Source of the DNA: the human T2T-CHM13v2.0 reference genome, Homo sapiens
Direction: 5' to 3' (one strand)
DNA: 64,000 bases
Assembly: GCF_009914755.1 (NCBI RefSeq)
Contig: NC_060936.1
Positions 33,786-47,230 of the stretch are shown piece after piece. Position 1 is the first letter of the stretch; each line of letters opens with the position of its first letter. A program made the translations under genes and the position numbers. Under the pieces are notes generated by a model, which was not told the DNA's origin, did not search any database, and was given only the letters and a program-made list of their open reading frames with translations.

Positions 33786-34580
33786 AAAATTGAGAAGTAT
33801 ACGCTTGAGAAGATTAAAAACTAAAACTAAAAGCTGAACTATTAAAAGACGCCAAAGATATATGAGTGGATTCAATGCTAAATGACATCAACTTTGTTTC
33901 AAACTGGAAATAAATACTGATATTGTCGATCTTTTCTAAGTTTTTAAGATACGCTATTGTGACTATTTTTGTTTATGTTTGATAACCATAGGCTAAAAAG
34001 AGACATGAAGAAGTTTATAAGCAGGCCTTAATTTTCTCAAAACCAGCAATCAAAAATAAATCAATAAATCCATAGAATTTTCTTAATAGTTAAAAATGAA
34101 CAGCAATATTCTCTTTTCCTAGTTTGTGGTCTTAATATTGATTTCTTATTGTCTGATTTACTAGCCTTTTCACCCAAACCCACAGGCAAATCAGAGACGA
34201 TGTATTTAGCAGTTTACAGATAAATCTGAAGATTATCACCCACTTGCAAAATACGCATACGTAATGGAAAGCAACACAAATACTTAAACTTTCCTCGGTG
34301 ATACAATATTTGAAAAACCAAATTAATGAAAAAGCCCACATGGTTGGCTACTTTTTATGTTTATGGCCCCCCAAAATACTGCAAGTTTCTGATTTTTCTT
34401 GCTTTCTTGTTTCTTAAAATACAATGCTTGTTTAAGAATGGCACAATGTGAGTAAATGTTGAAGCTGGGTGATGAATCCGCTGACGTTCATTAGACAAGT
34501 CCGTTTATTTTAATTGCATACTTGCCTATTAATGAGGGGATGTAAAACGATTAAGATAAAAAATTAAACAAATTTCTTAC

Positions 34581-34660
34581 TCTTTAAGCTCACTGTAAAT
34601 TGGCAGGACTGACGGGTGGCAAACAAATGCAAATGCAATGGTGGGTAAAGCATACACGGT
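34581..34660 (-). CDS. SLC38A1: SLC38A1 coding exon 10 (80 nt): TVYALPTIAFAFVCHPSVLPIYSELK(D)
   Basis: tag/gtaaga boundaries; FAFVCHP TM6 motif. Confidence 0.98.
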
Positions 34661-35299
34661 CTATTTGAGAGAAAAGAATAGACATTAGGAAAAACACTTT
34701 TACCATAAAAAGGACATAGCTCCAGTATTTCTGAGCTGTCTTTTTATCTGACAGCTCTTCAGAATCCCTGGATTATTCGGTTATTAGGGAGGTTTTGATC
34801 TCTAAAGTAGAAGCAGCTTTTCTAAGACAGCTTGTCTAGCTCGAGCCATTAGCCACTTGTCACAGAGGGACTTCGGATTTGGCTCACCTATGGTGTATTT
34901 TATATACTCCAGGTATACAACACCCCCTGTTTATACAGCATGAGCCAGTTACATGGCACTCTTCCTAGGATAGCTCGCTGGGTCCCCACAGCAATCCCAA
35001 GCAGTAGGCAGACTGTGGCTGTTCTCCTGGCTCCCTCCAACAGGTCAGGCGACTGGCCCAGCACTCCCACCTCTAGTTTACTGCTCTTCGCTCTACATCA
35101 GGTGCATGGAATCGGACTTAAAAGATACCCTCTGAAAAGAAAATCTGTTCCATATTGCACTACTTTGGCTATATCCTTACAATCAGAGAGAAGGAGAAAG
35201 ATCGCGATCTATTTAGTTTTCTTAGATAAGGCTCTTTGAAACTCTCACACTCAATCTAACTTCCTATGCAAAAAGAAGTGAAAACTAACCTATCTTATG

Positions 35300-35445
35300 C
35301 CCTAACTCTGCTGATGCACTATGCCAGGCACATTCTAACAAAACCTTGTAAGATACAGAATAGAATACTTATTTTTACTCAAGGGGTTGGGTGACTTGCC
35401 TGAGGATTCAAATCCAAGCCTGACTGACTCCATAATCCTCTGTTT
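35300..35445 (-). mobile_element. MIR fragment
   Basis: gtgacttgcctgagg.attcaaatccaagcctgactgactcc. Confidence 0.6.
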
Positions 35446-35871
35446 CCCATTGTATCAACAATATTTTAATAGTATGAGAGTTTTTTAAGTGCCAGTTTGT
35501 GGTGGCATCTATATTTCAACTGTGCAACCTGAGGAAGTCTGCAGTATTCCTTTCTGTCATCGCCAGAAGAAGGGAGCTAAGGATGTTGTTAGTCTGTTTT
35601 TGAAGTATCACCTAGCACTCTACACAGAAAAAGCTGAGACAATTATCCAGAATGGGATTTTCACAGAGAATGCTTAATGGTAAGAGAGAGTGTAAAATAT
35701 AATATTTGTATATTTCTCAAGGATCTCTACATAGATGTGTAATCTGGAAGCAATGGTATCATGTGTTCTTTTGAGAACTAATACATTCAAACCAGTGCAA
35801 TTACAAGCATGAGAAATAGAATGTCCTTAATAAAAATGCTTGTTTCATCTGCAAAGGATCAGGAAACTTAC

Positions 35872-35988
35872 CTTTGAATTGAAGGTAACATATTTTGGCG
35901 TACACGTGTCAGCATTTGTTGAATTAGCACTTATTGTTGAATTTAGCTCTGGAACAATGCAGGGAATTTGAAATTTCTTGTAAATAAC
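35872..35988 (-). CDS. SLC38A1: SLC38A1 coding exon 9 (117 nt): VIYKKFQIPCIVPELNSTISANSTNADTCTPKYVTFNSK, glycosylated extracellular loop
   Basis: cag/gtaagt boundaries; two N-S-T sequons and two Cys. Confidence 0.97.
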
Positions 35989-36102
35989 CTGGTATTAAGA
36001 AGTATAGTAGAAGCAATATGGACTTTAGTAAAGCCAATGAATAATTATTACATGCCATTGTACTATCACAAAACCAAACCAACCATTGCAATCAGCACTT
36101 AC

Positions 36103-36161
36103 CACAATTAGGAAAAAAACCATACAGCTCAAGGAAAATCCACTAGTATAGCCAAGATACC
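36103..36161 (-). CDS. SLC38A1: SLC38A1 coding exon 8 (59 nt): YLGYTSGFSLSCMVFFLIV
   Basis: aag acceptor after a U-rich tract, gtaagt donor; LGYLGYTSG family motif. Confidence 0.97.
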
Positions 36162-37650
36162 CTTTAAAAAAAAGTAAAAAATAAATTATTTCATTTTTTT
36201 CCATTTTTAAAAATTTTGGAGCTACCCATCATAAACTGTTATTATTTCAAAATTCATCACCTCACTTATTTCAGTGCATTATTTGAAGCATATTTTAGAG
36301 ATCCAATAATAAACATACATGCCCAAGTGAATACAAGATTTATTATTTGACAGTGCTACTTTATTTGGCAAAAAAATGGGGCTCTGAATAGAAACATTAT
36401 ATTACGTGTTTTGATTCCAACTCTCCCTGGCACACTAGAGAACACAGATTCCCAGAATCCAGCAGAAAAGAGCCTTCCAATTTTTGCTGTAAGTCTGTGT
36501 TGGTGGACCCTGATGGAGTCCTATGGGCAAACCCATTTACTCCTTGATCCCCTCAATAGCTCTTTATTATGCACTTATTGTGTGCATACTGAATGTCAGT
36601 TATAATACTTTTCTCCCCAGATGACAGAGAGTAGATGAAGCGAATTTCTAGTGGTAAATTGAGTATCTGGGGCTCTTTAGTAGCTCCCCTTAGAATGCCT
36701 GGGAGATCTCCAATTGCTACCATGACCTCCAGAAAGGTAGAGTTAAGTAGCCTCTCGGGACTGCATTATTTTCAACCCAGGGGAAGAGCTTTTCTCTACT
36801 TAACTGAAAAGAGCTACCTCTATAGGTACAGAAAACACAGAGGCAGAAACCAGAAAATTAAGTAGTTAAAAAAATCTATTTATAAACCTCACAGAACAAC
36901 TACAGAGCTGTTTTGTTTTGTATCCAAAACAAAACAAAAAACTAAGGCTCATAATTATTGTTTGGAGAGCTTTTATCCAAACTTCTGTTTGAATTAGCCC
37001 AGAATTAAAGTAAATACATTTTATAGGTTTTTGACTAGATGGCAGTCTGGTCACATTATTCAATGTATGAAATTCCCTTAACATCAGGCATCCTTGTCTC
37101 CAAATACAAGCATAAAAACAAGTAGTAGATCAAAGCCAAATGGATATGACTTGGAGATTATCCACCATTTCTGACTTTTGATTTCTCTCTCCCACTTCGA
37201 AGAGAAATAATTGAGGCTGGTCAGACTCTCTAAATTTATAATACTTGTGGGTATAAATCTAGGCAGCTTTCTGTCTCCATATTAGATTTGAAAATGTATT
37301 TATCTAAATAATGAGGGTATTTAAGACTTCGTATGAAGAGAATTGCATTTTCTGGACTTTTCTTAGAGTAGCATATAAGTTGTACTACTGAAAATAGCCC
37401 TGTCTGTCCTGGCCCCAGGACCTCCCTTCTCCCCTCCACAGCTCAGTAGAGGGATTGTTTAGGAGGTCACATACTGACTGTTATTTTTATCCCATATTAA
37501 AGTTGGGACCGATTAATACTTGCAATTTATCATGTACTTAATCTTTGAGTGCATGCAGAGGGGAAGCAGAGGGCAACACTGTCCATTTTTATTCAGTTTC
37601 TGATTCACTTGGGCACTGCAGAATATGATAAAAGCAAAATCTGTCCTTAC

Positions 37651-37733
37651 CTAAGTTCTTCAAGAGACACAGAGGGAGAATTATGCCAAAGGTAACTATC
37701 ACCACCAGAACGCGGCCATCCACGTACCAGGCT
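37651..37733 (-). CDS. SLC38A1: SLC38A1 coding exon 7 (83 nt): AWYVDGRVLVVIVTFGIILPLCLLKNL(G)
   Basis: cag/gtaagg boundaries, in phase. Confidence 0.97.
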
Positions 37734-38725
37734 CTGAAAGGCATTTAAGTGATTAGGTTATATTTTTTTAGAAAGTGACTTTTTTCCCCTCCAATGTAAA
37801 ATTTCATGATATCATGATATATATTTTTATTAATTTTTACTATATGCATTAATTTTTAAAATCATTATTCAGGTCTTATCCAAACACTTTAACCCAGCCC
37901 CTACTTATATACTACAGCTTCACTCCCCTGTAATGGAAGAGGGAATATTGGTTTTTTTTTTTCCCATTGGCTAAATGTGGCATTCTTTTGAATTATTTAC
38001 ATGGTTTCAAAGCTGAATGCACACATTTCATTCTGTCAGATTACAACTTGTCCTATCAATTATTTAAAGAGAAAGCTCCTTTTTGTTTTGCTGGGCTAGT
38101 ATCAGTGAGAAACAAGTCACTACAGGTAGACATTTCTCTCTCCCTGATCCCTTGGATTTGACCTTGAATCCTGAGAACACTAGAGACTCTGGCTTCTACG
38201 ATTCTCCCTTGAAAGAAAACAGAGAAACTAAGACTGACAAGAACTGTTAAACAAGAGGGAGTCAAAACACAATTGTGCCAAATGTAGCTGCAACATTTTC
38301 CAGGGTTATCTACATCTTTAATGAGGTTGGCTCATGTAAATTTTGCCCCCAAAATGCTATGTCCCTTCTTTAAGTAAGAGGCTAGGGTCTTAATTTTTGT
38401 TGCATGTTCCACTTTTGTGTTAAAAATACTGCATATCTGTTCTATTTCACAGAAACTAGATATAGATTTCAGGCTCTGGGGAAAATGCAGTATCTACCGC
38501 TCATAGCATGACAGACAAATCTACTTTTCAAATGTGCATATACAAATGGCTCTCCTGCTTTTTTCCTTTATATAGCCCCAAAGAAATTTATTGTTGAAAC
38601 AACAAACAAACAAAACGCAGCCTAGGAAAAACTTTCTGCAATATTCACAAGCAAGAATTTTGATTGGCCCATATTTAAATTAAAAACATTTTAGTTATAT
38701 CATAAAAAAATGGTCTATAACTTAC

Positions 38726-38807
38726 GAAAATGTCTCTTCCTTTCCCATTAGAAACTTTATGGCAGAGGGTAGTTCATTTTTTACGATGAAGAGGTAGCTC
38801 AGCATTG
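38726..38807 (-). CDS. SLC38A1: SLC38A1 coding exon 6 (82 nt): MLSYLFIVKNELPSAIKFLMGKEETF(S)
   Basis: cag/gtaagt boundaries, in phase. Confidence 0.97.
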
Positions 38808-39099
38808 CTGAAGGAAAATGAGAACATTTTTAGAAAGAAGATATGAAGGCTTATGTTGCAAGCTACATAAAAAGTTATCAGCCCGTTCTTAGACCAACTG
38901 TCAGTAAGACACAAAGGCAACTTCAGCTACTCTAGCAGGATTTGTGGCTTTAAATAAGTGACTGCTGTCTCTGCTTTACTTTCCCTGTGCCATTTTAGCA
39001 ATGAGGATGATAACTGCTTGAATTATGTTAAAATTCATGTGGCCGCTCATCCACCAGAATTAGTTTCAAGTTATGTAAAGAAAAGCATGTTCTTTTTAC

Positions 39100-39192
39100 C
39101 TCCAGTGTTCTGTAGAGAGGTGGCTCCAAAGATTACGAACTTCCCTGTGGTGCCAAAGACTTGTTCCCCCAGCTTTTCATACACCATGCAGC
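39100..39192 (-). CDS. SLC38A1: SLC38A1 coding exon 5 (93 nt): CMVYEKLGEQVFGTTGKFVIFGATSLQNTG(A)
   Basis: tag/gtaaaa boundaries, in phase. Confidence 0.97.
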
Positions 39193-40624
39193 CTATTTAA
39201 AAATCAAATTTGAGAACACAAGAAATGACAGGGTTCAGAAAGTTAAAATAGTCAAGATTTTGTCATTCTATTGACTGTTCCCCAAGTTACTATGTGCCTT
39301 TCTCAAACTCACACAAATAGTCATTTTGGCCTTCAGGGGTTAAGGTATCCTCATTACAAAACAAATTCTTAACATTTTAAAATGTGAGATGCAACCATCA
39401 TTTCTCCTTTTTCAAGTTGGCTACCAGAGCATTACAATTAACCTATTAGGTCATAAGGCTTATTTTTAACTACCTCTATCTTACAAAGGGGAAATTCCTT
39501 CTGTGATCTTTTTCTTCAGGTCTGGTGTACACCATTAAAATACATATTTGATTTAAAAAGATCCTAATAGTTGAAACAAAAAGATTCCTTTTGAATTAAT
39601 GACCTGAACTGATTAGGCAAACAAGGAATTATCTTAATAACATCCCATCAATGCCTCCACGTTCTAAATGTAATAACAAGCTTAGAAACATTTTAATAGC
39701 CACGACATACAAAACCTAATTATTCATAAAATGTAGTTCAAATACATGCAACTCACAAAAGAGAGCAGAAGACTAATCTGTCAAAAGCATAATTTGTCTG
39801 TAGCAAAATTTGAAAGTGTTCGACTAGCTCATCTCAATAAATACTGAAACTCTAAAGCATTCACTTTTTAAAAAGTGTTTATATTTCTTTATAACTGTTC
39901 AGTTCATGTTTTCAAAAGGTTCACGGAGAGCAATATGGGACAGGCTATAATTAAACCTTTGTTTAATCTCTCATAAGACTGGTGTTTAAACTAGACAATG
40001 GTTAGCTCCTCAATTTATTATAAAATGTTCCAGTTAAATGGAGTCATGTATATACAATAATAGTTGACCAATGTGGTTTTAGTTAATGTAAAAGTCAAAG
40101 AATTACAAACATAATCCAGTGTCCCAGAAATAGAAAATAAACACTTCAGGTATTACACTGCCCAGAGTACTTGAAGTCTCTTCATAGCTTGCTCACTCCC
40201 ACATTGCCTCAGGAGTAACACTTTCTCCTTGGAATATGCACAAGAGAATGACAGGTCTGTTTACTTTTAAAACCTTGGAAGTTATAATATAAAAACATGG
40301 GATCTTTGTTCTGGATTTATAAAGACCTAAGGAAAAACAAGCTTTTAAAATGAAGTCATTTTAAACCAGAAAAACAGGTATAATTGAGGGTTCACTTTAA
40401 GTGACAACATTATTTTCTCATTGTCCATGACAATTTAATTTATATTTTGCTGCAACTGTTTCTCTAGATAAATACTACTATAGGTCTTCCAATCACTCTA
40501 GGTCAAAATAGTCTTTCTTTTTAATAATCAAATTGCTGTACAGAGAGAACATCATTGTTCCACAATGCTACCATAAAAATAATTCACCCTGGTTTTAACA
40601 AAATCAAACACGTCCTCAGCTTAC

Positions 40625-40698
40625 CTGTTTCTTTTGAACAGATCAATAGGAGGTTTATTGAATATATAGACAGCAATGTCACTGAAGTCAAAAGTACC
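40625..40698 (-). CDS. SLC38A1: SLC38A1 coding exon 4 (74 nt): VLLTSVTLLSIYSINLLLICSKET(G)
   Basis: tag/gtaagc boundaries; phase matches the previous exon across a 20,015-nt intron. Confidence 0.97.
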
Positions 40699-42107
40699 CT
40701 AAAGCAAAGAAAATAAATCTTATTGTAATATCTAGAAAAGAATATATTCTGGCATTACAGTTTAGAAGGGCAAAGGTTTATTTGTATGGTTAACACTATT
40801 TGTTAATAGTATCCAAATTTTGGAACCTATTAGTCATCCCTGCTTTAAAATCCTCAACAAAAATGTCCTACCAAATAAAGAAGTGCTCATTAGAATCTGA
40901 GTAACAGTTCAAATCCTTTATGTAATTCGAAGCCCAAATAGCTCTCTGGGAGCATTTCGGTTGAGATGACTTTAAAACAACATTATGAAAGAAGGCTTTT
41001 GTAGTCTATGTTGCACTCTCTGTTACATCCGGGTGAGAAAGTGTGAGAATGGGGTGGGAGGGGCGGAGGGAAAGGCTGGCAGTGACCTTAGGAGAATGAC
41101 CACCTGACTTTGGGCAACTTGCTTAACATTCCCATCTCTGGATTCCTTGCCCATAATATAAAGATACAAGCCAAATGATGTCTAGGGTTCTTTTCATCTA
41201 TTACTTCATGGCTATTTTAAAATCTATATATTGGGCTACTAATGTAATTCACTTTTTTTGCACCTGGTTCCTCTTAGATGAATAAGCACCACTTGGTAAC
41301 CAGTGGGAAAATTTGACAATCAAGTATAATGAAAAGACTTTTTTGAATGATGAACTCATGTTTTTGTTTTAGTACATCTGGGTCATTATCACACCCTTCT
41401 CAAGAAAAAGTGCAGTTAAAATGATGTGGGAGATTATATAGATGATTTCTGAAACATTTGGTTAAAACAGACATGATAATTGAAAATAAAGCCTATTTAT
41501 TAAAAAAGAAGAAAAAAAATCCAGTCCCCAGATGAAACCGCTCACTTCCTGATGTGGGAAAATATATCCCTAGAACAATACATAACTGCAATTGACTCTA
41601 TGTTTGAGTCATGAAAGGCAATTATTTTTCCACCAAGTGCTGTTGAGAGGCACTTGGCACATCATGCCGTTCGCTCTGCGTGGGCTGCTTCCTCCTGGCC
41701 CTTCCCCCTCCCAGCACACCTGTTGAAGGCTGCTCTAGGCCCCAGCTCAGATGCCAACTCCTCAGTTGCCTTCCCTGGCCCCAGGCAGAATGACTGCTCC
41801 TCAGCTGTCTATGATCCTACAGTGTTTTGTTTCTCCTGCATACGGGGCAACCATGAGGAGATAAACCAGGAGTACAGAATGGTCAACAGCAGAACAGATG
41901 AACTGCCAGAAACTGGCCAGCAAACAAAAGAGGGGCAGAGCTCAGCAGAGGCAAAACAAACACTAGGAGAAAGAACAGACCTAACACTTTGGGTAGAGGC
42001 CCAACTGATCTGCCAATAAACAGGAATTTAGGTTAAGATATGATTGGTAAGGAAGTACATTCAGATCTATACTTATTTCCCTAAAATCCTTGAGTGAGGA
42101 GGCTGAT

Positions 42108-42472
42108 TGATATGGTTTGGCTGTGTCCCCACCGAAATCTCACCTTGAATTGTAACTCCCATAATTTCCACGTGTTTTGGGAGGGACCCGGTGGGAGATA
42201 ATTGAATCATGGGGGCAGTTCTCTCATACTGTTCTTGTGGTAGTGAATAAGTCTCATAAGATCTGATGGTTTTTTTATAAGGGGAAACCCCTTTCACTTG
42301 TCTCTCAATTCTCTCTTGTCTGCGGGCAAGTAAAATGTGTTGTTCGCCTTCCGCCATAATTGTGAGGCCTCCCCAGCCACGTGGAACTGTGAGTCTGTTA
42401 AACCTCTTTTTCTTTATAAATTACCCAGTCTCAGGAATGTCTTTATCAGGAGCATGAAAATGGACTAATACA
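42108..42472 (+). mobile_element. Intact THE1 solo LTR
   Basis: tgatatgg...gactaataca; perfect TSD ctgat at 42103-42107 and 42473-42477. Confidence 0.95.
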
Positions 42473-44989
42473 CTGATTAAGAGGGTAGGTCTCTTATCTC
42501 TTCAGGTTGAGGGATGTGAGAAACGGACAGCAAGCATTTATTAGCCAACCCAGTAGTTCTGAGATACGTAATGGAACAGGATTTGATATGCTCTGCCACA
42601 GAATAAGATATGGGACCTAATTGTGGCATGATTTTTTTTCCCGTCAAGTAAGATAAGCAATATTTATGTCAAAGAAGCAAGCTTTCGGTTTCTTGCAGAG
42701 TTCACTTGTTTTGAGGGACACAATGCTAAGTAGCCACTTCTACACGAACATGTGACAGGCCCTAGAGGATTTCCGTGTGGCACAGAAGAGCACAGGCTTC
42801 CTAGTGGAGTAAAATGAGTGACATCTTAGGATGAGCCAGATGCTATTCTGGAATGACTATGTGCCCTGTTGGGTCTACTCTGCTAGGACCAAAGGGATTT
42901 TCCCATGGGCCCAAGGCTAATGTATAAAGAGTATGACCTTGTAGGAACTATCTATGTGCCTAGCAGGAGGGGATAATTATGAATATCTACACAATTATTT
43001 ACAAAAGGCCCTAACCCTGGAGAACTCGGTATTTATTAGCAAAAGAAACATTCTAAGGAAACATTTGCTGTGTTCCCTCAGTCAGTAGCCTCTGCAACCA
43101 CGCGGTTCTTGCACATGGTTGTGTCTTAACACAATCTATGTGTTGAATCTCTTTGCAGATGATGCTCAGTGGCATCTGGCCCTTTGAGCATCATAAACTG
43201 CTATCCCCCCTTTTCAAGCCGGAGAAAAGTGTTGATTAGGGAAGATTTTAGTAGTGTTCACTTATCTTCTTCCCCCCACTTAAACACAACAGAATGAGGT
43301 GCTCCCACAGTGGTGAAAACAACCCCCTCCCATGTTTAAGAGACGTAACATTGCACCCCAGAGTACTTAGAGTCTGATAGTTTTTGCCTTTAACTGTCTG
43401 ATCTGCAAAGGATCTCTTCTTAGTCCTTTCCCAAATGTAGATCTTCTCTTCCAAGACTGAAAATTAATATAAAGCAAAACCCCCTTTTCTATCAGATCAC
43501 TAAGAGGCAAACTGTAAAAGTAAAATTCTAAGAATACTTTAGCCTATACAAGAATCTGGCATTAATAGGATTAAAATTTAGAAAAGTATACCTCCTTGTT
43601 CAGATTCTTAGAAAGAAGGAATATGTTGTCTAATTGACTCTAATAGAACCTAGAAAGGGTTAGAAAAATCAAATCATAAATGTCTTGAGACACAGAAACC
43701 ATGACATCTAAGAGAAAGAAGAAAGAGGAATAACTGGAGAGAAGGTATTGACTTGTTTGAACACTTCTATTTAGAGCATGATTATGCCCCTAATTGTCCG
43801 GGTAGATATTTGTACATATAATTATGGTTTCCTGGAAGAGAAACACATGCTGGGATTCCTGTGTTAACACAGAGGAACACAAGTGATTCCTTTTTAAAAT
43901 TTCATCTGGATATAATTTAAGCTTCAACATTGTTAACCACTGACCACAAGTATTAATATGGCTGGGACAAAAACTGGTTGCTAAAAAAGGCGTACTTACA
44001 TGGGGACTACAGATCAGCAATTGATAATAGGGCTGCCAAGGTGTTGATATTTCAGACTTATGTTCATCTTTGAGGAGAAGATCTAGAGCATGTAATTGTA
44101 CATGGGTCATGGGGAAGGGGTGGCAAGAGAGTTAGAATTGCGAATAATGTGGTCAGGAGCCTTCAAGAGTCTTTGAGTCAGCAACATTATGAAAGATGTG
44201 GTTCAGGACATTCTAGTAAATTTTGGAGTCTCCTGAGAAGAAACTTAGAATTCTAGACTCCTGAAGCAGGGAGAGACTTTCAGAGAGAACCTAGTCCAGC
44301 ACAGCATGTTTACCCAGGACAGGAAACCTCTATGCTCCATGCCAACACACAGGCATCCAGGTCTGCAAAGTGTCTTTTAAAAGGGGACATATTATGCAAC
44401 CCATTCTGTTTCTGAAAAGTTCTGTGCTTGGAACTGAGGCTCAGCTGAAATCACTGTCGCTACTTCTATCCTTGGGTCCTCATTTTACCTTCTGGACCTA
44501 TTTGTATCTACTTGAAATCTAACACCTCTCCTACCTAACAGTCCTGAGGGTGCTCATTTTAAGATTGTGCTCTTTAACTCAAACATCTTTAATTCTTTGA
44601 ACTGTTCATCTTGTGATGAAGTGTTTGGGCTGTTTACATCTCAGTCATGGTCCAGTTCCTCAACCATCCTTTTTAAAGGCTGTGTGCTGAGATGAACACA
44701 ATGCTATAACATCAGATTTGGTCCAAACAGCGCAAAGCATGATAGGATTTTTAATTTCTCTGAGTCAGACATCTTTCTTCTTTCAAGGTAATCTATTTTG
44801 GAATTCATTTTTACGGCAACCACACACTTTTCATTCTTTTTGAGCTTCTGGTGTGAATGCTACTAGGCTGTCTTCCTGATTCTATCTTGTGTACTTTTTT
44901 TGTCTGTTTCTGAAGCTAAGTGCCAGTCCTATATTTATTTACATTACATTTTATCTTTCAAGTCTCATGATCTCTTCTTAAATTGTTGA

Positions 44990-45480
44990 TCCTTTTTACT
45001 TATATATCAACCACTGCATCTAACTTCATATCTTAAGTGTACCTTCATCCAAGTCACTGGCATCAACTTTGAATAGAACAAGACCATCTGGAAATGGCCC
45101 ATTGTCCAGCCAACTGCTTGAAGCCTGGAAGTCGACCTTATCTCTCACCCATTCCCTCATCCTTTATATCTAGTTCATTGGCAAGTGCCCTATCATTTCT
45201 ATCTCCAAAATTTATCCCAAATCCATAGGCATTTTGTTCCCATCTCCACTCTAGTGTGAGCCATCGTCCTTAATTTCTGGATAACTGTGATCATCTTGTC
45301 TCCTCACATCCGTCTTCCACCCAGCAGCCAGAGTAATCTTTTTATTTTATTGCTTTATTATGTGTCTCCATCACTAGACTGTAAGACAGACAACGACAGT
45401 TTAATTCAACTATTTACCTATTTACCTTCAACATCAAACACACACATAACAGAGTCTTCGCTGAGAATCAGTGAATTTAG
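44990..45480. mobile_element. L2 fragments
   Basis: atctccaaaatttatcccaaatcc, cagcagccagagtaatcttt, tctccatcactagactgtaag. Confidence 0.6.
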
Positions 45481-46559
45481 AAACATTAGAACCTCATTGG
45501 CAAGTTATGTGAGACTATGCCAAATATCTTAACTAAAATCAAGACTCCCTCTATGAAGATAGTCCCATGATCTACTTAGCTCACTGTATCTCAAAAGATG
45601 ATATTAGTTTAGTGACTATTTAGAAAAACTTTGTTGGTTTCTACAGAGTAATCTTTTCTGCAGTCATTGCACATAAACAAGCTGTTTAATAATTTTCTCT
45701 ACACTATTCCTTGGCATCTACTTTTTGCCATTTTTGAAAGTTGGGATTAAATTAGCCTATTTCTAATCCTCTGGGGATACTCTTGCTTTCCATGATTTTT
45801 AAACAGATTCCTGAGAGTATCTTAGACAAAGTGGCATGAGCAAAAAAAGAAAAAATGAAAAAGATTTCTCACAGTGGTCCTAGATATATTTACTCTTTTT
45901 GCTGCAAGAAAATTTTGACTCATCTTTTAAACAACGAACATCTAAACATCTATTTGAAAAACGTTATTTGTCAATGTTTTGAATCATATTAACAGAATTG
46001 TAATTATTTGGTCTTCCATAATTTACCCAAAGATTATATGAATAATGTTATTATTTTCATATTTAAAAGTACCATATGCTAATAAAGTGGAAAGCTGTGA
46101 CAACAAATAAAACCAAAACATTTAATGTGATTGAAATGTTCTATACCATGATTGTGGTGGTGATTTCACAACTGTATTTGGGTAAATTTAACAAACCTCA
46201 CCCTTTAAATTGGAGAATTTTATTGTATATAAAGTATACCCCAAAACAAACAAACAAAAAAACAACCAACAAACAAAAACCAACCTCAGGACACTTTAAG
46301 GGAGATAAGACTATATTTTAAAAGCCTAGCTACACAGCAACAAATCATATGACATCCTCCCAACACAGCATCAGAACCTTTGGTAGGGGTGGAGGTAAAG
46401 CAGCCATCACTGCATCAGATCCAGAAATAGCTCAGATGGGGGTGTTTGGGGCTGCCTTGCAGCTGAGTGCTTTCAACTTCTCCAGGACCCATTCCTCCCA
46501 AAAAAAGAGAGAACCGTTGCCAGCCCTCCCTAGCATGACTCTCCCTTGCAAAGTTGAAA

Positions 46560-46702
46560 GCAGCTATTCTCAAACTTTAACGTGTGTGCAAATTAGGATC
46601 TTGTTAAAATGGATGGGTCGGGACCTGAGATTCAGCATTTCTAACAAGTTGCCAGATGCTGCTGCTGCTACTGGTCCACTGACCTCCCTGGAAGCAGCAA
46701 AA
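46560..46702. mobile_element. MER5-family MITE
   Basis: ttctcaaacttt...gggacctgagattcagcatttctaacaagt..cagatgctgctgctgct. Confidence 0.75.
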
Positions 46703-46971
46703 CTGAAAGCCCTAAGCTCTGGCCTTGTGGTGTATACATTCCAGTTCTTTCTGTTTCTCACCACACTGTGCTGTGCATCACCCGCCACACTGTCTGTGGT
46801 GAGGTGCTGTGCCAACACTGCAGCTCAGTTACCTGTAAACACAGACCCCACGGCTACCCAAGTAAGGTGACAGTGACGAAAAGCACTTACAACTGAATCA
46901 TTCTCATTGCTGTGGGATGCTGACTAGCTTCCAGTGTGAAAAGTAAGATCTCATCTGCTTCCTTTGGTTGA

Positions 46972-47230
<259 letters not shown>

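Noticed and set aside
43790-44110. 106-aa gene-sense intronic ORF
   Set aside because: Weak Kozak context (ccccATGA), no domain similarity or splice evidence; length compatible with chance
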